This document shows positions 7,675-16,980 of a stretch of DNA of 64,000 nucleotides, one piece after another; position 1 is the stretch's first letter; the number at the start of each line of letters is the position of its first letter. Below the pieces are notes generated by a model. That model searched no databases and was not told the DNA's origin. It saw only the letters and a program-made list of their open reading frames with translations. This DNA is from an uncultured Candidatus Saccharibacteria bacterium (GTDB taxonomy: Bacteria > Patescibacteriota > Minisyncoccia > Phycocordibacterales > UBA5272): contig CAZJJX010000006.1 in NCBI GenBank assembly GCA_964546555.1, positions 545-64,544 on the forward strand. Reading direction: 5' to 3'. Made by a program: the position numbers and the translations under genes.

Positions 7675-8214
7675 ATGAAATCACTTCTAGAGAGTCTTCG
7701 TCTTATTGTGGCTCGGAAAGATAGTCGTGCTGTTGTTGTGGTTGCCGTAGTCATACTTTTTCTGCTTCTTCTTATGTATCAAAATGGAAAAGCAGGTCTT
7801 GAGGTGCTTACGTTTGAGTCGTTGTCATTTGATAAGAGAGCTGCGCTTGCTCTAAAGGTATTTTTTGATACTAAGAGTACATTTACCCCAGGAACACTTT
7901 TGCTTGCGATAGGTGGTATAGTGCTTAGTGCTATCAATCTTGCAATTGCTTATACGTATGTACGAATTCGTGGAGGTGCCATTATGAAGAGTGGATTATA
8001 TAGTGGCATCGGGCTACTACTTGCTATTTTTGGTGTTGGGTGTGCTGCGTGTGGAACTGCCCTCTTAGGTATTGTGCTTAGTTTTTTTGGGGCATCTGCA
8101 GTGCTTAGATTTCTCCCTTACGAAGGCCAGGAAATTGGGTACCTAGGGATTATTGTCCTATTGATTGCTACCTATACGCTTGCACAGAAGTTGCAAGCAC
8201 CAAATGTATGCTAA
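7675..8214 (+). CDS. integral membrane protein with an intramembrane CAAC motif, hypothetical
   Basis: 179 aa with several TM helices and GVGCAACGTALLG. Confidence 0.55.
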   Translation: MKSLLESLRLIVARKDSRAVVVVAVVILFLLLLMYQNGKAGLEVLTFESLSFDKRAALALKVFFDTKSTFTPGTLLLAIGGIVLSAINLAIAYTYVRIRGGAIMKSGLYSGIGLLLAIFGVGCAACGTALLGIVLSFFGASAVLRFLPYEGQEIGYLGIIVLLIATYTLAQKLQAPNVC

Positions 8215-8226
8215 GCTTTAGAGAGT

Positions 8227-8802
8227 ATGTCTGCACATATTGATGAAAAAATTTTAGCAAAGCGTACACGATATCTCCTCTTTGGGGTGATTATGGTTAT
8301 TATTGCATCGTTGTTTGAATTAAAACCAGGCACAGTATTTGATATTGGTCTTCCGCAGGAAACACAGAATACTGTCGGTACATATTATAAGGTTACTAAG
8401 GTTACTGATGGTGATACGATTCATATTAATATGAATGGCACAGATGAGCGCGTGCGACTCATTGGTATCAATACCCCAGAAACTGTAGATCCAAACCGAC
8501 CTACTCAGTGCTTTGGTAAAGAAGCAAGTGATCGCATGAAGGATCTTGCCTCTGGAAAAATTGTTCGACTAGAGTATGATGATAGTCAGTCATTACGGGA
8601 TACGTACGATAGACTTCTGGCGTACGTCTATCTAGAGGACGGGCAAATGCTTAATCGTAAAATGGTAGCAGAAGGGTACGCGTATGAGTACACCTATATG
8701 ATCCCGTATAAGTATCAGCGAGAGTTTCGAGATTTGCAAAAGCTCGCACAGAGCTCTAAGCGGGGGCTTTGGTCAGATGATACCTGTAGTGGAAAGAAAT
8801 AA
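8227..8802 (+). CDS. membrane-anchored thermonuclease (staphylococcal nuclease homolog)
   Basis: VTDGDTIHI..RVRLIGINTPET..FGKEAS...YDRLLAYVYL..MVAEGYAY are the SNase family motifs. An N-terminal TM helix is present. Confidence 0.85.
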   Translation: MSAHIDEKILAKRTRYLLFGVIMVIIASLFELKPGTVFDIGLPQETQNTVGTYYKVTKVTDGDTIHINMNGTDERVRLIGINTPETVDPNRPTQCFGKEASDRMKDLASGKIVRLEYDDSQSLRDTYDRLLAYVYLEDGQMLNRKMVAEGYAYEYTYMIPYKYQREFRDLQKLAQSSKRGLWSDDTCSGKK

Positions 8803-8819
8803 TACGTATCAGTAAACTC

Positions 8820-9527
8820 ATGGATTCACTTAGACACCTCCTCTCATTTTTTCTTAAGATAGCCATTGCACTTTTTATTCTCGTAATTGTGATTTGGCTT
8901 GTTACAACCATTAATCGAGCTAATAAATCAACCGCAAAAGTAGATACACAAAAAGAAGAAGTTATACAAAAGCGTACTGATATTTTACCTTCACCGCGAA
9001 AGTTCCAAGGGCTGTTCGGTTCTAGTAGTACAAGTCGTGCAACTCCACGTATTGTTTCGGCAAATGATTTTTCTGCTTTTGCGTTTAGCACATCAACATC
9101 ATTTAATACGTACTCAAGTCCCGTATTTCAAACACAGGGAAGTCAATTTAACACTAATCAGAATACTCAAGCTACTGCATTGCAAGACTCAGGTGTTAGC
9201 CGTGCTATGCTTGTACGTAATCTTTCTATCTATGAAGGTGGCCATGTATACACCGGTCTTAGTTTTGTTGGAGAAGCAAGAGATACGATGTTTCGTGATG
9301 GAAAATTTTTGATAGTTGTTGTTGATTCTTTAGGTAAAGTTGTAGGAGCTTCTTATGCTGTGGCGCAAAATACACTTGCTCCAGTTGGGTGGAAGCGCTT
9401 TGAGACACGTATTATGTATACACTTCCAAATAAGGTGCCGTGTACGATGATTTTTGAGGAGTCTTTGTCTCCAGGAGAGCAGGCACGCGCTCCTTCTCGC
9501 GTGGCAGTACCTATTACATGTAATTAG
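8820..9527 (+). CDS. membrane-anchored hypothetical protein, C-terminal Gmad2-like Ig domain (tentative)
   Basis: N-terminal TM helix and an S/T/Q-rich linker. The C-terminal region GEARDTMFRDGKFLIVVVD...GWKRFETRI resembles Gmad2-type domains. Confidence 0.45.
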   Translation: MDSLRHLLSFFLKIAIALFILVIVIWLVTTINRANKSTAKVDTQKEEVIQKRTDILPSPRKFQGLFGSSSTSRATPRIVSANDFSAFAFSTSTSFNTYSSPVFQTQGSQFNTNQNTQATALQDSGVSRAMLVRNLSIYEGGHVYTGLSFVGEARDTMFRDGKFLIVVVDSLGKVVGASYAVAQNTLAPVGWKRFETRIMYTLPNKVPCTMIFEESLSPGEQARAPSRVAVPITCN

Positions 9528-9547
9528 TCGATATGTTGCCAATAAAA

Positions 9548-9576
9548 AGCAGGTAAAGTATCATTCTTTACCTGCT
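9548..9576. terminator. bidirectional terminator hairpin
   Basis: AGCAGGTAAAG-7 nt-CTTTACCTGCT between convergent genes. Confidence 0.7.
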
Positions 9577-9582
9577 TGCTTG

Positions 9583-9975
9583 TTATCTTTCTTTTCTTGA
9601 TTCGATACCAAGGAGGATCTTGTCTGGATTAAATCCAGATTGTTTTGTAATGTAAACCCTAATCCTCCTCTCATCTCTTTTATTGATGTCTTTTGGGACA
9701 AGTGTTACGCCTTCCCAGATTTCTTGAAGGACTGTCTCGCTTAGAACAAACGGCTTTGGTTTTTTCGTTACTTTTGCATCTTGCGCGCGCTTTCTAGCGG
9801 CCTGGCCGATTTCGTTTACTCGTTTCTTGATATCATCCGGTACTTGCTCCCAAGTGCCGTAGCCCAGGAGGCTAGATGTCCTTGTCCTGTTTCTCCAGAA
9901 CCCTCCAACAAAATTCTGTTTTCCTGTTTCGATAAGTTCTAGAGCCATGCGATTAAGTTCGCTTAGACTTCTCAT
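9583..9975 (-). CDS. hypothetical protein
   Basis: I chose the ATG at 9975 (MRSLSELNR...) because an AAGGGG SD precedes it. The ORF track extends to 10038. Confidence 0.5.
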   Translation of the reverse strand: MRSLSELNRMALELIETGKQNFVGGFWRNRTRTSSLLGYGTWEQVPDDIKKRVNEIGQAARKRAQDAKVTKKPKPFVLSETVLQEIWEGVTLVPKDINKRDERRIRVYITKQSGFNPDKILLGIESRKER

Positions 9976-10050
9976 GTGCGCCCCTTTATAATAAAGTTCA
10001 ATCAAAAACACTATACAATATTGTATAGTGTTTAGCAAGGTTTTAGTGGT

Positions 10051-10344
10051 TTAGTGTAGTGTTATGTTACTGTTACCAAATTCTGGCGGTTGTTTTGAAG
10101 ATACTGTATACCCAAGTTTCTTCATATATTCTTGTAAATCTATATTACGGGCGCTGGTGGTTTGATTGTTACTTAATTCTCTAAAAATAGTAAGATACGT
10201 TGATGGAGTAAGAACGCGAGACTCTTGTTCTTCATCGCTAACATGATCTCTAAAAAGAGATGAAAGGGTCTCCTCCTTCTCTATTTCCGTGTCCTGTTTC
10301 TCAACAAAAGGATTGTTATTTGCAGAGAATGATGGTGACTCCAT
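10051..10344 (-). CDS. hypothetical protein
   Basis: 97-aa acidic ORF co-oriented with its neighbours. Confidence 0.45.
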   Translation of the reverse strand: MESPSFSANNNPFVEKQDTEIEKEETLSSLFRDHVSDEEQESRVLTPSTYLTIFRELSNNQTTSARNIDLQEYMKKLGYTVSSKQPPEFGNSNITLH

Positions 10345-10354
10345 GTGTGTAATA

Positions 10355-10801
10355 TTACGCTGTGAGGCGGTCGATTACTGCTTTTACAATAGCACCATCT
10401 GCAGTGTCACCAAGCTCTTTCATCATGATGCCGACAAACTGCCCTTTCTTGGTTGGGTCAATTGGTGACTCTGCAAGCTTTGCTTTAACTTTTGCTTCTA
10501 TGTCTGCTTCACTCATTTGTGCTGGAAGGAATTCTTCGATAACAGTGAGTTCATTCTTTTCATCCTCTGCTAACTCTGGGCGTCCTCCTGAGACGAATTG
10601 ATCAATAGAATCCTTTCGCTGCTTAGCGAGACGTTTAAGAACTTTTAGACAGTCCGCATCAGTAAGCGGATCAGTTGGTGGGCGTCCTTGTGTTACGAGT
10701 TCGTTGGTAAAAGCAGCCATAATCATACGAAGGGTACCTACGCGTACCGTATCTTTTGCGATCATTGCTGGCTTAAGTGCTGATTTGATTGTTTCTTGCA
10801 T
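10355..10801 (-). CDS. GatB/YqeY domain-containing protein
   Basis: MQETIKSALKPAMIAKD..VGTLRMI...LKRLAKQRKDSI...EEFLP...KGQFVGIMMKEL is the typical YqeY pattern. Start taken at ATG 10801. Confidence 0.85.
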   Translation of the reverse strand: MQETIKSALKPAMIAKDTVRVGTLRMIMAAFTNELVTQGRPPTDPLTDADCLKVLKRLAKQRKDSIDQFVSGGRPELAEDEKNELTVIEEFLPAQMSEADIEAKVKAKLAESPIDPTKKGQFVGIMMKELGDTADGAIVKAVIDRLTA

Positions 10802-10863
10802 AGTTTTTTGATTATAGCATAATCTAGGTTTTTTGCTTGGTGTGGAAGGGGTAATGTGTAAGC

Positions 10864-10902
10864 GGTACATGGGGTGCAACCTTCGGTTGCGCCCCATGTA
10901 CC
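10864..10902. other. strong UUCG-capped hairpin in a divergent intergenic region
   Basis: GGTACATGGGGTGCAACC-TTCG-GTTGCGCCCCATGTACC, about 17 bp with one bulge. Confidence 0.6.
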
Positions 10903-10932
10903 GCCACAAAATTTGCTATACTTACTACTATT

Positions 10933-11991
10933 ATGTCACTTACTATTATTGTTGCAATTATCGGAACTATTATTGTCGCTCTCCTTGTTGTTATTTTGTT
11001 ACGACAAGGAACTGCATCAAAAAGTGAAAACGATGATCAGACATTTCTAATCTTGCAAGATCAGCTTGAGCGGCTAAGAACAACACTTGATGCGAAGTTC
11101 GATAGGTCGTCATCTGAGTTGCATCAGGTGCTTCATCGTCAGAGTACAGAAGTAAACCGCTTAATGAATGACATTACGCGTGATCTCACAGAAGTGCGCG
11201 AAGGGAACAAGCAAGTGTTTTCAATGACTGAGCAGTTACAGAACCTCCAAGACATCCTTAAGAACCCAAAGCAACGTGGAGTCCTTGGAGAATATTATCT
11301 AGAAACACTCCTTAAGAATGTTATGCCTCCGGGATCTTTTGAAATGCAGTACCGTTTTCCGGATGGCACAATTGTAGATGCGGCAGTCTTTGTGAAAGAT
11401 AAAATTATTCCTATTGATTCTAAGTTTTCACTTGAGAATTACAATCGTATTAGCGAAAGTGAAGATCGCACAGAAAAAGACCGCTATGAAAAATTGTTCC
11501 TTAACGACCTTAAGAATCGTATTGTTGAAACATCAAAATATATTCAGCCAGAACAAAATACAATGGAATTTGCATTCATGTTTATTCCGCACGAAGCTAT
11601 CTACTATGATCTTATTCTTAATAAGATTGGCACAGTTACAGATGATACTGAGAGTCTTATCCAACGTGCAGCGTCCAAGTATAAAGTAATTGTTGTTTCT
11701 CCGACATCATTCCTTGCGTACCTTCAGACTGTGCTCCAGGGGCTTAAGGCTATGCAGATTGAAGAGTCAGCAAAAGATATAGTCAAGCGCGTAGGTGAAC
11801 TCGGAAAACATCTTAAAAGTTATGAAGAGTATCATAATAAATTAGGTAACACCTTAAACACTGTTGTTAATCATTACAATAGTTCAAGTAAAGAGCTTAA
11901 AAAAGTAGATAAGGATGTATTTAGAATCACTGAGAATCAAGTGGGTATGGAGCCAATGCTACTAGATAAGCCCTCTGGGAGCGATGAGTAG
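10933..11991 (+). CDS. rmuC: DNA recombination protein RmuC
   Basis: N-terminal TM helix, long coiled coil, then GVLGEYYLETLL...PDGTIVDAAV...IPIDSKF, the RmuC nuclease-like core. Confidence 0.9.
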   Translation: MSLTIIVAIIGTIIVALLVVILLRQGTASKSENDDQTFLILQDQLERLRTTLDAKFDRSSSELHQVLHRQSTEVNRLMNDITRDLTEVREGNKQVFSMTEQLQNLQDILKNPKQRGVLGEYYLETLLKNVMPPGSFEMQYRFPDGTIVDAAVFVKDKIIPIDSKFSLENYNRISESEDRTEKDRYEKLFLNDLKNRIVETSKYIQPEQNTMEFAFMFIPHEAIYYDLILNKIGTVTDDTESLIQRAASKYKVIVVSPTSFLAYLQTVLQGLKAMQIEESAKDIVKRVGELGKHLKSYEEYHNKLGNTLNTVVNHYNSSSKELKKVDKDVFRITENQVGMEPMLLDKPSGSDE

Positions 11992-12014
11992 TCGTTGGTT
12001 ATTATGCATTGATT

Positions 12015-12043
12015 AAAAAAACCGCGCTGGAGCGCGGTTTGTT
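12015..12043. terminator. bidirectional terminator hairpin
   Basis: AAAAAAACCGCGC-TGGA-GCGCGGTTTGTT. Confidence 0.75.
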
Positions 12044-12062
12044 GTGCTTGCTACACAAATAG

Positions 12063-12410
12063 TTAACTTGGATCTTTTGGGAATCCAAAAATGTCTCTTT
12101 CGGGAAAGTTATTCTTGGGTGCTCTACCGGTATCTTTTTTTTGAATTTCTTTCAAGATTTTTCGATACTTGTAGATCTCGTAGAGGTTTGTTATGACATA
12201 ATACAGTGAAATGAGTGCTCCAAGCGGTCCCGAAAATAGAAGTACTCTAAACGCGTGGCGCTCACCTGCATCCCCGAAAAGATGAGCGGGGGCGTTGCCT
12301 AGGTATCGAGCAATAAGTACAGCGATAACACCAAAAGGAATCCAGGATATAAGTACGTACCATACGTATACCGAGATTCCACTTACGTAAGCAAGGTGAT
12401 TAAAGTCCAT
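12063..12410 (-). CDS. membrane protein, hypothetical
   Basis: 115 aa with an ATG start and 2-3 TM helices. Confidence 0.5.
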   Translation of the reverse strand: MDFNHLAYVSGISVYVWYVLISWIPFGVIAVLIARYLGNAPAHLFGDAGERHAFRVLLFSGPLGALISLYYVITNLYEIYKYRKILKEIQKKDTGRAPKNNFPERDIFGFPKDPS

Positions 12411-12416
12411 TTCTAC

Positions 12417-12524
12417 TTAGTACTTTGATTTTCTTTGAAAGATGTATGATGTAATGCCACATATTGAGGCGATAATTGCGACTGCAATAAGAGTGGCGGT
12501 TAGGATAGTTATTCCAAGATTCAT
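12417..12524 (-). CDS. possible 35-aa single-TM micro-protein
   Basis: Below the ORF-track cutoff: MNLGITILTATLIAVAIIASICGITSYIFQRKSKY. It lies immediately upstream of, and co-oriented with, the 12063 ORF. Confidence 0.3.
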   Translation of the reverse strand: MNLGITILTATLIAVAIIASICGITSYIFQRKSKY

Positions 12525-12618
12525 AGTAGTACGTTCCTAGTTTTCGGAGAACAAAAAGAGTTTAAAAAAGCGACTAATCTTAAACTATCATAAGTGCACA
12601 AAAAGTCAATAGTATGCT

Positions 12619-12647
12619 CTTGCATAGTTATTGGAATTAGTGTATAA
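12619..12647 (+). promoter_or_regulatory. sigma70-type promoter candidate for rplU
   Basis: TTGCAT, 17-nt spacer, TATAAT. The -10 ends 10 nt before ATG 12658, and there is no SD. Confidence 0.5.
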
Positions 12648-12657
12648 TTTCACAACT

Positions 12658-12975
12658 ATGTCATTCGCAGTTATTCAAACAGGTGGGAAACAATATAAAG
12701 TCGCTGTAGGCGATGAAATCGCAGTTGAGAAATTAGCTGGCGATCATAAGGTGGGAGACAAGGTTACCCTTGATACCGTTGTACTTACTGATGATGGTAA
12801 GAGTACTGTACTTGGCACTCCTTTTATTAAAGGCGCATCAGTTACAGCAACTGTACGCGAGATAGGACGTCTTGATAAAGTACTTGTTGTACGATATCGT
12901 CAAAAGTCACGTTATCACAAGAAGAATGGTCATCGTCAGCCGTATATGGGTCTTACTATTGATTCAATCAAGTAG
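12658..12975 (+). CDS. rplU: 50S ribosomal protein L21
   Basis: MSFAVIQTGGKQYKV..GD...EKL...VL..G...IG.P...A.V.A.V......KV.V.RY..K..Y.KK.GHRQ is the L21 signature. Confidence 0.9.
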   Translation: MSFAVIQTGGKQYKVAVGDEIAVEKLAGDHKVGDKVTLDTVVLTDDGKSTVLGTPFIKGASVTATVREIGRLDKVLVVRYRQKSRYHKKNGHRQPYMGLTIDSIK

Positions 12976-13000
12976 ACGACAGGTAAACAGATGTCAGACT

Positions 13001-13039
13001 AAACACAAAAGCGCGAACGAAGGTCGCGCTTTTGTGTTT
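13001..13039. terminator. bidirectional terminator, 16-bp perfect stem
   Basis: AAACACAAAAGCGCGA-ACGAAGG-TCGCGCTTTTGTGTTT. Confidence 0.8.
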
Positions 13040-13071
13040 TCTGGTCACTAGTAACTAACCACTACCTTCAA

Positions 13072-13698
13072 CTAGTTTCTATGATCAAGAGCTTGTTTGA
13101 ACGTATTTTTATCTACGTACTCAAGCTCAAGACCACTTGATAAACCTCGTGCTAAGTGAGTGAGTTGTACGGTATCTATCCCAACTATCTGTTTAATGGT
13201 TTTTTCTATGTACTCAGTTGTAGTGTCACCGTAGTCAGTTACAGGGAGTGCAAAAATAATTTCATTAAGTGTTTTGTTTGCAATGCCTGCATGGATATAA
13301 CTCGTAAGTTCTCGAATACGGATAAGTTCTGAAGGTTTTTCGGTAAGAGGCGGGACAAGACCTCCTAGAATAAAATAAATACCATTATATGAGCCAGTTT
13401 TTTCGATTGCATCTAGATCGAGCTCTTTTTCTACAATCATGAGTGTTGTATTTTCTCGGGAAGAAGACGCACAAATATCACATATCATGACATCTGGTTT
13501 TGCATACTTGTCGCCATAATATCTGAAGCATTTCTTACACTGTTTCCCTGTAAACTTAAGCTCGTCGAGGGCTTTAATAAGTTGCTCTTTATATGAAGAG
13601 TGTTCTCGTAATAAGAAATAAACAAAACGCTTGGCTTGTTTTGGGCCAATACCAGGAAAGCGCATAAGTAGTTCTGCAAGTCGGTCGGTTGGGTTCAT
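13072..13698 (-). CDS. recR: recombination protein RecR
   Basis: FPGIGPKQAKRFVYFLL (HhH), a C4 zinc finger CKKC...CDIC, and a Toprim region. Start taken at ATG 13698. Confidence 0.9.
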   Translation of the reverse strand: MNPTDRLAELLMRFPGIGPKQAKRFVYFLLREHSSYKEQLIKALDELKFTGKQCKKCFRYYGDKYAKPDVMICDICASSSRENTTLMIVEKELDLDAIEKTGSYNGIYFILGGLVPPLTEKPSELIRIRELTSYIHAGIANKTLNEIIFALPVTDYGDTTTEYIEKTIKQIVGIDTVQLTHLARGLSSGLELEYVDKNTFKQALDHRN

Positions 13699-13845
13699 GT
13701 ATTTTGTTAAGTATAACAAAATTAGCTGCTAGTTGTTAGACGTTAGGTTTTAGAAAATACATGCTAATAAAAATCTAGCAAAAAAGAGACATTTATGTTT
13801 TACAACTTGTATATTAAGCTAAAAGTTAACAGCTAAAGACTATCT

Positions 13846-15321
13846 CTAAAAATCATCAACTGGGACGTTAACATTAGGAAGTGAAAAGTCACCGAACTCA
13901 CTTTTCTCAATAGTGACGAACGATGTCTTCTTGTCATCGAAGTAAAGTTCAACCGAACCCGTTGGTCCGTTACGGTGCTTTTCGACCAGGATTTCTACAA
14001 TATTTTTTCGAGCAGAGGCTTCGTCGCCGTACTTGTCTTCGCGGTGGATGAACATAACAATATCCGCATCTTGTTCGATAGATCCAGAGTCACGAAGATC
14101 CGATAGTCGCGGCTTACCACCACGTGATTCTACGGCACGAGAAAGCTGCGAGAGGGCAATTACCGGAGCATTGAATTCCTTTGCAAGTCCTTTTAGTGAT
14201 CGAGAGATTTCGGTAACTTGGTTCACCATATTGTCGTAGACTTTTGATGTTCCCATAAGCTGGAGGTAGTCCACGATAATAAGACCAATTGGTCTATCAG
14301 AGTTGAGTCTTCGAAGTGTACTTCGCATGTTAAGAATTGTGTTTGCAGGTTTATCGTCTACAAAGATCGGTGCTTTCATAAGTTCATGCATACCACGCTG
14401 AAGGCGCTCGAATTCTTCATCAAGAGAGAGTTTTGCGGTACGAAGCTTCCAGCTATCAACCTGAGATTGTGCAGAAAGCATACGGTCAACGAGCTGCTCT
14501 TTACTCATTTCTAGTGAAAATATTGCAACAGGAATATTGTGTTTTACTGCAGCGTTACGAGCAAAATCTAGCGCAAGGGACGTCTTACCAACAGAAGGAC
14601 GTGCGGCTAAAATGATGAGGTCAGATGGTTGGAATCCAGAGAGTTTGTTATCAAGATCACGAAAGCCAGACGGTGTACCACGCATGTTTCCATCCCGTTC
14701 TGCCATCTTTTCGATACGTGCCCATGTTTCATCAATAAGTTCATTAAAACCAATAAGACGATCAGATGATCCTCCTTTCATAGTGATTTCATAGACACTT
14801 CGCTCTGCCTCTTCAAGTACTGATTCAAGAGAGTCGTCTTCATTGTAAGCAATTTCGCCGATATGAGTTGTTGCTTCGATTAGTTTGCGCAGGAGTTCTT
14901 TCTTGCGAACAATTTGTGCGTAGTATTTTGCATTTGCTGCAGAACCAACAAGACCAAGAAGCTCTGAGAGATATTGTGCACCACCGATTTGGTCAAATTG
15001 CTTACTTGCGCGAAGTGCAGCAGAGACAGTAAGGATATCAACTGGCTCTTTGTTGTTAACAAGCACTTCTATAGCTTCGAATATGATTTGGTGTTTTGCA
15101 GCGTAGAAACTTTGTGCAGATACAAGGTCAGCAATATCAAACAGTGCTTCAGAAGAGAGAAGAAGTGACCCAAGGAGCGCTTTTTCTGATTCTAGATCTT
15201 GAGGTGGAATGCGTGCTCCACGTAGTGGGTCTTGCCCTTCTTTATCTTGCGTATAATCGCTGTAGCTTCTTTTTTTGTATGGCCGCTTGCTTGGGGCGCT
15301 TAATTGGTTAAGAGGTAACAT
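13846..15321 (-). CDS. dnaB: replicative DNA helicase DnaB
   Basis: PPQDLESEKALLGSLL N-domain, Walker A ARPSVGKTSLAL, IIVDYLQLM, SQLSRAVE. Confidence 0.95.
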   Translation of the reverse strand: MLPLNQLSAPSKRPYKKRSYSDYTQDKEGQDPLRGARIPPQDLESEKALLGSLLLSSEALFDIADLVSAQSFYAAKHQIIFEAIEVLVNNKEPVDILTVSAALRASKQFDQIGGAQYLSELLGLVGSAANAKYYAQIVRKKELLRKLIEATTHIGEIAYNEDDSLESVLEEAERSVYEITMKGGSSDRLIGFNELIDETWARIEKMAERDGNMRGTPSGFRDLDNKLSGFQPSDLIILAARPSVGKTSLALDFARNAAVKHNIPVAIFSLEMSKEQLVDRMLSAQSQVDSWKLRTAKLSLDEEFERLQRGMHELMKAPIFVDDKPANTILNMRSTLRRLNSDRPIGLIIVDYLQLMGTSKVYDNMVNQVTEISRSLKGLAKEFNAPVIALSQLSRAVESRGGKPRLSDLRDSGSIEQDADIVMFIHREDKYGDEASARKNIVEILVEKHRNGPTGSVELYFDDKKTSFVTIEKSEFGDFSLPNVNVPVDDF

Positions 15322-15528
15322 GTCTACTAGTGTACTAAAAAGTTCGCATCTTGCACAAATTAAAATCTATTGTTTTTTGATAATAAATAGTGGATAGTGG
15401 GGACAACCAGGAAAGACAACAGGTATAGACCGCTTCTCTATCAGACAACAGATGAAACTGCATGTGTTCACATAGATATTTTGCAATTAAACCAAGAATG
15501 TATACCGTTCTCTGACAGTCTGATAGTA

Positions 15529-16923
15529 CTACTGCTTTCTAACTTCTTGACCTTTTGAGGTATCTTTTACTGTAAATCCATGAGACTCTATCTCACGGCG
15601 TAAGTCATCTGCTAACATATAGTCTTTTTGATTACGAGCGTGTTCACGTTCTTCAAGAAGTGTCTTTACTTCTTCTGGAACAACAATTTCTTCCCTTATC
15701 ACTCTTTCAAGTCCGAGTCCAAGCATGTCACTAAGTGCGATAAGTGTAGTATAGCGATCAACTTCGAGGATTTCTTGGTCTTTCATTAGTTTCCACAGTG
15801 TTGCGATAACCTCAGGTGTAGCAAGGTCTTGAGTGAGTGCATGGTGTGCCTGATGTATATATGATGCATTTACATGCCCATGAGGGGTCTTGTGGTTAAG
15901 GCAGTAGTCTACGAGCTTATGGTATGCAATTGATGCACCATCGAGTGCCTCGTAGGAGAACTGAAGTTCTTTTCTGTAATGCGCGGTCAGCAAAAAGTAA
16001 CGATATGCCATCGGGTCGTAACCTTCTTTTTGTATTGATGTTACCGTTAAAAAGGAGTCATTTGATTTTGACATTTTACCAGTTGTATCTAAGAGGTGAT
16101 TGTTGTGCATCCAGTAGTTCACATAAGGTTTACCTGTCGCGCAAGTGCTCTGTGCAATTTCGTTAGTATGATGCACTGGTATATGTTCGATGCCACCTGT
16201 ATGCACATCAAAATGTTCCCCTAGATATTTCATAGACATCGCGGAACATTCAATATGCCATCCAGGAAACCCTACTCCCCAAGGGGAATCCCACTCCATC
16301 TGACGCTTCTCGTTTTTTGGAGAAAACTTCCACAATGCAAAGTCTGTGATATTTCTCTTCTTAGTGTTTTCTTCGACGCGTGCGCCACTTTTAAGGCCTT
16401 CAATATCTAAATGAGCAAAGTCACCATAGTCTCTAAATTTTGATGTATCAAAATAAATGCCATCATCTATGATTCTGTAGGTGTAACCTTTTTTTTCTAA
16501 TGTTTGAACGAGTGTGATCTGATCTTGTATTGTTTCTGTTGCGCGAGGAAAGTTATACGCATCAAGTGGGATGTTAAGGAGTGTTAGATCGTCAAAATAT
16601 GCTTGAGTGTATTGCTTTGCGATGTCCCATACAGTTTTTCCTTCTCGTCGTCCTCCTTTTTCCATCTTATCTTCACCACTGTCTTGATCATCCACGATAT
16701 GTCCAACATCAGTAATATTGATCACGTGAGTAACGTCGAATCCAGATGAGATAAACATCCTACGGAGCGTGTCTGCAAAAACTGCCGCACGCATATTCCC
16801 AAGGTGTTGATAGTGATACACCGTTGGGCCACAAGAATATATCCCGACATGTCCAGGTTTAAGTGGTGTGAAGGTTTCTAGGGATTTTGTTTTTGTATTA
16901 TAAAGCTTTATCTCGTCGTGCAT
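15529..16923 (-). CDS. cysS: cysteine--tRNA ligase
   Basis: Class I synthetase with CGPTVYHYQHLGNMR (HIGH-type) and KMSKS; CysS-type zinc ligands are present. Confidence 0.95.
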   Translation of the reverse strand: MHDEIKLYNTKTKSLETFTPLKPGHVGIYSCGPTVYHYQHLGNMRAAVFADTLRRMFISSGFDVTHVINITDVGHIVDDQDSGEDKMEKGGRREGKTVWDIAKQYTQAYFDDLTLLNIPLDAYNFPRATETIQDQITLVQTLEKKGYTYRIIDDGIYFDTSKFRDYGDFAHLDIEGLKSGARVEENTKKRNITDFALWKFSPKNEKRQMEWDSPWGVGFPGWHIECSAMSMKYLGEHFDVHTGGIEHIPVHHTNEIAQSTCATGKPYVNYWMHNNHLLDTTGKMSKSNDSFLTVTSIQKEGYDPMAYRYFLLTAHYRKELQFSYEALDGASIAYHKLVDYCLNHKTPHGHVNASYIHQAHHALTQDLATPEVIATLWKLMKDQEILEVDRYTTLIALSDMLGLGLERVIREEIVVPEEVKTLLEEREHARNQKDYMLADDLRREIESHGFTVKDTSKGQEVRKQ

Positions 16924-16980
16924 GGAGTGTGATGGTAATACCTTTATTCTAGCATATTTTCTGTGTATACTAACATCTAT

